In this document: in pieces, positions 32,019 to 64,000 of the stretch | How the letters are laid out: every line of letters begins with the position of its first letter | Numbering within the stretch: the stretch's first letter is position 1 | Assembly: GCA_964035545.1 (NCBI GenBank) | Contig: OZ037765.1 | Span: 21,575,504-21,639,503 of the forward strand | Length of the DNA: 64,000 nt | Direction of reading: 5' to 3' | Source of the DNA: Bugula neritina | Lineage: Eukaryota > Animalia > Bryozoa | The notes under the pieces: generated by a model | Database searches by the model: none | Told to the model about the DNA's origin: nothing | What the model saw: the letters and a program-made list of their open reading frames with translations, nothing else | Program-made: the position numbers and the translations under genes

Positions 32019-35000
32019 ATGGATTCTGCTAACGAAGAAGAAACTCAACCAAATCCTCATTCTGGTAAGATTAATTGGCAGTTTTCATTTTGAAATATCG
32101 ATTTACGTTTCACACCAAACATTTGATTGCAAAACAGTATCATACTCTAATTTCAGGGTAAATTAAAATACCCAATGCTGAAATAGGTCAATGGCGACCT
32201 GAAAGATTATTTTGTATGTCAAGCAATGACACCAAAACTCAAATTTGTCAATGCTATGGGGTTAGTAGCATCTACTGCTCACCGTATGATTGACAAGTAT
32301 AAATGGCAGTTTTAGTACTAATTGTAGTTTTAGCGTTGCCCAAGTAATAATAATAATAATTTTTTGACTTAAACTTGAAGTAGTTGAACATCAACATGAA
32401 TACTGAAAGTGAATAGTCATACTCATAGTCATAGTCATAGTGATAGTCATAGTGAACTTGCACTTGCAGTCTTCAAGTTGATGTTCAACTAGTACTACTA
32501 GGACTTCAACTATTGACAGTGACTATTACTATTACTATTAGTACTAGTATTAGTTGAAGGCATCCGTGTTCTTGTTGTTATCACTATGCTATTCTTATTC
32601 TAATACTTGTATTCGCACTTATACTTATACTTATAGTTATAGTAATACTATAGCTATAGTAATACTAATAGTTATATTCATATTGATTATTCTCATTTAT
32701 AGTAATTCTTATTTACATTATGATTACTTATTAGTATTACTATTAACGTATTAGTGTTACTACTAGTACTAGTAATGCTTATACTTATTGCATTTCGGAA
32801 TTGCCCGTTTACTGTTTAGGCCATTAATAAAAATAATGAGTATGACTATGACTAACTCCAAGTATAATGCTTAAAAGAGCAGTAATTGGAGTCTTGTAAT
32901 AATATTTGTATTAAAAATTAAAGAATAAATTTACTATTCATAATTTTTTCAGTCCTATTATAATTATATAATATCATTATGTTCTATGCAACTGTTGGTT
33001 GGCATCCTGCGTAATTGTTTAGCGTGCCTGCTTGCCAGCCAGAGGTCTGGTTCGAATTCCGGTGGGGGCAATTATTTTACAAGCTATTTCGGCTTTGTCT
33101 TGTGGAAGTACTCTCAGGGAGTTGACTGGCGAGTTGAGCCCATAAACTGACAGAGTACGTGGGGGCCAGTGCAGTTCTGGAGAGAACTGGGTGGAATGTT
33201 GTTTGGTATCCCAAAGCCCCTGTAGCGTAATTGGTTAGTGCACCTGCTTGCAAGCCGGAGGTCTGTGATTCGAATCCCAGTAGGGGCAATTATTTTACAG
33301 CAACTGATCAACCTATTCTTTTGAATTGTCATAAAATGCCTGAACTTGTTGTTTATATTTTCGTTAGAGTCCCAGGTTCTCGATGGAGATAATGAGCAAA
33401 TTACGTTTGTTGAAGCATCTGTCGCACCCAGCAATGTAGACCTGACTACAAATTTCCTTCAAGTCACCAGAGCCACCATCTCTGAAACTATTGCTGGAGA
33501 GGATGGAACTTCAACAAATGTTCAGGAGATCATACCATCAGCCAACAGTTTATCTCCGACAGTTACTATAACTGAACACACATTCACTTCAAATAATGTT
33601 CTGGGGGTAGAGCCGTCTACAGTTCAGTCAGAAGAACGATGCTTGGTCTGTAGTGATAAGGCTTCCGGTCTCCATTATGGTGTTCTAGCTTGTGAAGGGT
33701 GCAAGGTGTGGACAAAATTTGAATATCAAATTTTCAGTTCATGTTATCTATGAAAATTGATTTGTTTAAGTCTCATAATAAGAGCATTAGGTATATTTGC
33801 CCTATCCAAGTTATGTGCACACCAACAATTTTGAGTCATCTTTTTTATTTAGGGTTTCTTCCGACGAGCCTTGCAAGACATTGGAGACCCGTCTAGGCGG
33901 AGATGTTATTACAATAAAAATTGTGAAATCACCATTTCTAGCAGAAACAGGTGCCAGTTTTGTCGACTTCAGAAATGCTTAGCTCTTGGCATGTCCAGAG
34001 GAGGTAAATTTACACTTCCATCAGAATCTATTCAGTTGACTTCAAATGAACCAGATTTTAGATATAAAATTGTACTATTGTATATTCTGATTGTAGCTGC
34101 CAAGCTGGGACGGAGATCAAGGAAAATGAAGGCTACGATAGCAGATGCTTGTAAGTCTATAGAAGATACACAAACTGCCCAAGCATTACACGGGTTACTC
34201 AGTTTGAAAGCAGAAAACCATGGGGGTGTCATAACTTTCACTCCTACAACAGCATCAGTGGATGTTAGTTCGTTCCCTGCAACCCAGACGTCTAATGTAT
34301 CGTTAGATATGGGTGACATTACATTTTCTTCCCTTGCACACTCTACTAGTCTACCAACTACTAGTCAAACTGACACTTTGTCTGCTTCTAAAGTAACCAG
34401 TCTGTCTTTACCCGCTGCCAGTACTTCAGTGGCTACCGGCTCTGCAGACGATGACGATGACGATCAACAAGTTGGACAAGAAAACCCATCAGATTCTGAT
34501 GTTTTCAAACACATGATGGACAGACTGGCTCAAGCTCGAGTCTGTAACAGTGAAGTGTTCAATGTAAGTTGTTGATTTTATCACAAATTAAAGTATCTAG
34601 ACGGGGTGCCTTAAACTTTTGCTGTTTCATATAGCTTAGTTTGTGAAGTACGTACTGCTTGCTGCAAAAACAATCTCTCATAGGCCTCTGCTAGATGTCA
34701 ATTTTGACTGAAGAAAAAGATTCACTCTTGAAATTTATTTAAGTAATTGATGTGCAACAGAAATTTTCTTCAAGTTTTTTATCATTTCTGCTAGATCTTT
34801 GTAAGTTTAACAGATCATGCTTGTTAGCTCGAATGAATATCTTTCTAGTGGCGATACTTAAAATTGACTAGCATCATTTTTACTGGATAGTTGCAACACA
34901 CTGTACTTTTAGAATTGAAAAATAATAGCAAGTAGTAATTAGAAGTTATTGATAATTTTGAAAACGAGCACAAAGTTTTAGAAACTAGAATAATAGTTAG

Positions 35001-37288
35001 ACCAGTTATAGCGAGAGGTTAAGTCGGATAGTTGTTGGAAGAAGGAAAATTCAAAAGTGCTTAAAAATTTGTTGATGAATAATTTTGTTCCTAAATTCAG
35101 TTTTAACTTTCATATTACGGTACTTTTGGAAAGGTTGTGTGAATTCATTTTATTAGCATTTAATATATTTTTATGGTGATGTTGTACACTGTTACATAGA
35201 GGAATCGTAACCGCCTGAAAAACTCGGAACAGAAGAAAAATAAAATGACACAGAGACAAGCAGATACTATTAGTTTGCTCAAGATATCGCACTTGGCGGG
35301 TATTGAGGGTGCGTCTGGCTCTGGAACCAAATTCCTGATTGTCAACTCGAACAAACTGCCTTTGAACCAACAGGTATGTTGGTGTGTTGTGGAATCAATA
35401 AACTCATATTTCGAAAACAATAGTACTCAACTAAGCAATAAACTGATGTTCTACGGTTAATATTCCGCTAACCTCCATGTTTAAAAAGATCAAGCCTCTG
35501 TGCTTTATACTGACAAAAGTCAACTTAGTTTTTTCAGGTTTAGTCGTCAATGGTTGACATCTAAATTTCTAAAGAAATGACAAAGCTGATGTGACTGTAT
35601 TAAAAGTGCTCACTCACTAGCTATATGTATGTTTTAGCTTTGGTAGATTGAATGCTGTTTTTCCTTGGGTTACCAATGTGCAGTAGTGTTGATTGTATGT
35701 TATGTGTTTTAGACGTACATCACAACACCTTCCGGTGAAGTTATTGACATGTCAAATGTGCAGATTATCAATGCTACTGCTGCTACTCCTATCAGAGTTT
35801 CAAACTCATCATCTAATAAAATAATAATACCTAATTCGGGCATGTCTAGTGGCACGTCTAACTCTATACTCATACACGGTGCTGCCTCAGCCACTGAGAA
35901 GTTAGCACCTTCAGCTGACAGCTCACTGAATGCTGGGGAACACGCAATCTACAGAAGCCCCTTGAAGAAGCGACCTTATAGAGAACCAGATCTTATAGAA
36001 GATGGACACATGAAGAGAGTCCATCTTGATGACAATGACGTTGTATTGGAACAGCACCAGGTGGTGCTGGTAGATAGTGGTGAGCAGCACGCTACGGATG
36101 TGCAAGCTGTTAACATGGCCGACGTGGCTACTACTGTGTACGATGCCTATATAGACACAGTTCAGTTCACATTCAACAACACTATGACTATGCGACAGAA
36201 TATAACTGAAAAGTTAGTATGTCCGACTTCGTCGACTCATCTCCCTGATCATCTGGCGGCAGCATGCTGGAAGGCATACGAAACTCGGTCTAATGAAGCC
36301 ATCACTGATGTCGTGAATTTTGCTAAGCGAATTCCGGGTTTTCCAGCTCTAGAAACCGATGATCAGATTATTCTTATCAAAGGAGGCTCATTTGAGGTTA
36401 GTTTCTACTCTTCATGATGTTTAATCTAATCACTATTTAAAACATTGGTCTGCTATGTATCATCAAGTCTGGAATTGTAGCTTATTTTTTACTCTTACTA
36501 GTCTGTACCCTTTAATAAGCAATTTCACTTCAGTAAGGTGCATATGGATGTCTGTTTAATGTTGTCACCCTTTAAAATATGTATATTGTATCTGCTATTT
36601 TATTACAGGTGGCCTGTGTGATGCAGGCCTCATTTGTTGATTCTGACAGAGAAATCATGCTACTGAGTGGTATAGATGCTGCGTACACCAAACAGCAACT
36701 ACGCAACAGTTTTCTGATGGGCGCTACTTTTGTTGATCTGCTGTTCAATTTTGCTTCTCGGTTCAGCAGTTTTCACTTGACGGACGTAGAGACAGCTCTG
36801 TTCTGTGCGCTGATGCTGATTCGCCCTGGTAAGCATCCTATTTCTCTGTAATTTGTGAGCCGTGCTGGGCATTGTCTATAAGTTATTCTAACTATAGAAA
36901 TGAGTTTTTTTATAAATTTAAATGATGTTTAAATTGTTTTGATGCTATATTAAAACTAAAAATCTTCACCTTGTTATGAGACACCCATTTACTAATTCTA
37001 ATGGTACAATTGTACATTTTTCAAAGAAATGAAGTTGTGCTTTCAGATAGAGGTGGGTTGACCAACAGGGAGAAAGTGAACAAACTGCAAGAGATACTTA
37101 TACAGGCTTTACAGAACCAAATTGACATTAACCACAGATCTGAATCAGGGTTGTTTCCTAAAGTACTAATGATGGTGTCTAATCTTCGAGAATTAAATGG
37201 TGAACAACGTAGAATGCTAAATAATTTAAAAGGTCAGATAGAATTTTCTGAAGGACTTCTGGCTGAGATATTTGATTTGGCAGATTAA
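32019..37288 (+). CDS. Nuclear receptor, subfamily 1 (NR1CDEF/E75/ROR-related orphan), 8 coding exons
   Basis: Exons 32019-32064, 33368-33705, 33853-34003, 34097-34563, 35200-35373, 35713-36396, 36609-36828 and 37047-37288. DBD: [27 protein letters not shown]...[22 protein letters not shown] signature: [22 protein letters not shown]-terminus: LLAEIFD. Confidence 0.93.
32290..32980. repeat. TA-rich cryptic simple-repeat array in receptor intron 1, including an imperfect inverted repeat (32381-32413 / 32459-32491)
   Basis: Runs of (agtcat)n, (acttat)n and tagtactagta. tagttgaacatcaacatgaatactg pairs with cagtcttcaagttgatgttcaacta. Confidence 0.85.
32994..33296 (+). repeat. Repeat carrying two tandem tRNA-like modules (about 33006-33070 degenerate; 33216-33288 near-complete cloverleaf), each followed by attatttt
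   Basis: GCCCCTG...TAGGGGCA acceptor stem, D-arm TAGCGTAATTGGTTAGTGC, CCTGC-TTGCAA-GCCGG arm with a 6-nt loop, and T-loop TTCGAATC. Confidence 0.7.
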
Positions 37289-37656
37289 GTGGCCTCATTT
37301 AACTCATTACTATTACCTGGCGACAATCATTAATCTATTGTACCTCCTTTTCAGTAACTAAGCTGCCATTAGTATAGTTGGAAGTTTGTAACTTTATAAA
37401 AGTTTTTTTTCTATTATTTTTACTTTGAATGATTTGTAGCATTTCCACACTATAATTGTTAAAAATTTGAAATTGTCATTTAATTTGATGTATGTAATAT
37501 ACTATTTATTTTGTAAAAAAATATATTTTGTATAAAAATACAACAGACATAAACTATATGTATGTACATGAATTGAATATTTGTGATATATACATCTAAT
37601 GTGATATGAATAATTATCACAATTAAATATTACACATTTACAACTTCAAATTGCAT

Positions 37657-61596
<23,940 letters not shown>

Positions 61597-62304
61597 TTTC
61601 ACAGTTGCTGGTTAATCATTGCCACTAATAATCCTTAAAGTATAAAACAGCAAACAAAGTAGTAGAGTGGTACAGAAGGTTCGATTAGAATGGTGGTTGA
61701 GGCGTGAGTGAATAAGAAACAATACAGCATTGGAATATGTCCACATACCATGAAACCACGACCCATGAAAAATACCATAGCAACGGTTTAATAGCACAGA
61801 AATAAACGGATTTGAAGCAAACAGTAATTAATCATCCCACACTCAGTCTGATGTGCCGTATTAAGCGCATAGAATGATTACCACGCTGATCTGTACAGTT
61901 GGTGGATACATGTTTCAAGAAATTAACTAAAAGTAGTTATATTGTGACTAGAAATTTATTTCGATTACTCATTAATCCAACAAAAAACACTTCCACATAT
62001 CAAAAGCTGTTCTGATACACATCTGGCAAAACTATCCAAATATGTATTTGCCATAGAATAAACTGACATTATGATAATCTGTACAGTCTAGATAAGACAC
62101 TAGATAGATAAGACAACAAAGTTAGAAAAAATATAGAAAATTTTGTCAACTTCAATTTGCAAATTGCAAAAAAACAATAATGTTTCTGATACATTGAAAA
62201 AATTACAAAGTGTATAAGTTAAATTGAGTAAGCATATAAAATTATAGAGAGAAATATATGTAACTGAGCCAAGCACATCCTGACACGTCTCCTTCTCACA
62301 TTGG

Positions 62305-64000
62305 CTATGATGTTTTTAACTTACTCAGCTTGATAAGCATTTTTGGTGACCTAAAGTTTACAAAAAACATGCTTATTTCATTAAATAAGATCATGATTGA
62401 AGTGGCTTCAACAATTTGGTTCAAAATCAAATCTCACAAACTAAACTATTATTCAATTAAAACTCAGGCAAAAATATTACATTCGATTAACAGAAGCATG
62501 GAATGTTTCATTAGGAATTAATTTAAATTCCTACCAGTATTTAAAGCAGTTGTGGCCAATAAACCTAACTAGTCTAACAAGCATAGAATGTTTCTTATAA
62601 TCTTAATAACAACACAGGTTTAATATTCAGAAATACACACTTCATAGGCAAGCAGGCAAAAATTAATAAAAATAGACAGCCCATACAATCAATAGTAATT
62701 TTTTTCTGATATTCTAACAATTTACCTATAAATGTATATTAATTTTGCAAACAGCTCCTCTTCTAACATAAGGTGACCATTTTCTCGAACAAAGTACAAG
62801 TCTTTAGCTATTCTAAAAATTCTATCGACATTTGGAAGCTGATCGAACATGACGGTGTACGAGCCACCGCTAGTGAGAGTACGCACAAACTGGCCAATCA
62901 CAAACACCATACCAATGTACAGACCGATTATCCTAAAAATATCAAATAAAACCGAGTTATAGCACAGCGGCATGACTAGTGTATGCAATGAATGGACACA
63001 GTAATACGATACATATAGTATCATTATGTGCCACCATAGTAATAGAATATCAATAGATATCACAGATTAGTAATAATATTAGTCATAGAATAAGTAACAG
63101 TAACAGCTGTAGCAGAACAAGCATTTACTAGTAACCTATTGCAAGGCAATTAATATCAAAACAATTTGAAGTGAGCTTGAGGTTAGGCTAAACAAAAATT
63201 CCTTGTAGCAAAACAGCAAATTTAGACAGCTAGACAAATTTGTATTATGGTGAACTAAGGAACATTGCGTTCAGGAAACATTTTTTTTAGCAATTTTGTA
63301 TAGTGCGTTTTGATATAATATAATCAGAGTGTCCACATATACAAGAAAAAATTACGAACCCACTACTAGTAATAGTAGTAGTAATAAAATCAGAAAAAGT
63401 ACTTTCAATAGCAGCTATGGTGACATAGTAATTAAGAGATGATTGTTTAGGTATTGTCTTACCCTGGGCCTGTAATAAAAGCAACTGCATCAGGAGCAAC
63501 TCTGTCATTAAATGTGACAAAGAAGAGCGTTGAAGAATTTGTAATATTTTCTGAGCAGGAACTGACAAAAGACAGAGTGCAGTTTGATAGCTCTTCAACC
63601 GACCAATATTCAGTTTTCTGTAGCTTCAGTTCCAGTCCTATACCATTTAGTGGCTTCATGCCTAAAGTTTAGCAACATGAACTATATATATTGCATAACA
63701 TGTGATTTAATTAAAATGCTTCAAAATATATGTCCTTCAAAAGAAAGTGATACTTCCACTTAACATATTGCTCCATGACAAAATGATGGATAGGAGGATA
63801 GGAAGCCCACTGCCTTCCTTTTACATGAAATAAATGTTGGGCTGATCTGTGTTATATAACAGCTGGGACCATGCAAATTGTTGACTGGAGTCCAAACCTA
63901 ATTATAATGTGTATGTTAATGACAAATACCTAAATTTTGGTCCTGAATGTCACAAGGGTTACACTGAATGGAATCCACAGCGGTTGGTTGGCCAGTAGAA
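62305..64000 (-). CDS. Piezo: Piezo mechanosensitive channel, last four exons; gene begins right of the window
   Basis: VTFNDRVAP...GIIGLYIGMVFVIGQFVR...MFDQLPNVDRIFRIAKDLYFVRE...LEEELFAKLIYIYRSPKMLIK is the Piezo inner helix and C-terminal domain. TAG stop at 62305-62307. Confidence 0.95.

Noticed and set aside
33216-33288. Functional tRNA-Ala(TGC) gene
   Set aside because: The anticodon loop is 6 nt, the anticodon and T stems contain mismatches, and decayed copies nearby indicate a repeat.

Overview
AT-rich, intron-containing animal genomic DNA. A lophotrochozoan invertebrate is likely, inferred from the retinochrome-type opsin and the NR1CDEF-type receptor. Gene order: 5' end of axonemal dynein heavy chain DNAH7 (-), divergent PACSIN/syndapin-like F-BAR+SH3 gene (-), a complete and very recent Ty3/Gypsy LTR retrotransposon (8265-15758, -), a retinochrome/RGR-like opsin (+), inositol-pentakisphosphate 2-kinase (-), an NR1-subfamily nuclear receptor (+), a plexin (-), and the 3' end of Piezo (-). 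Introns hold SINE-like repeats, a MITE, tRNA-like repeats, a long (TG)n tract and fold-back TA-rich arrays. The most striking item is the Gypsy element. It has identical 304-bp LTRs, a GTAT target-site duplication, a tRNA-Leu primer site, and gag/pol joined by a predicted -1 frameshift. In the env position it carries a non-envelope third ORF (tandem zinc fingers, Arg/Ser-Pro segment, coiled coil). That ORF has no ATG near its 5' end but is reachable in frame by splicing from the gag start or from a 26-nt ATG-bearing mini-exon, resembling the accessory genes of complex retroviruses. All exon models were read by eye and no database search was run.
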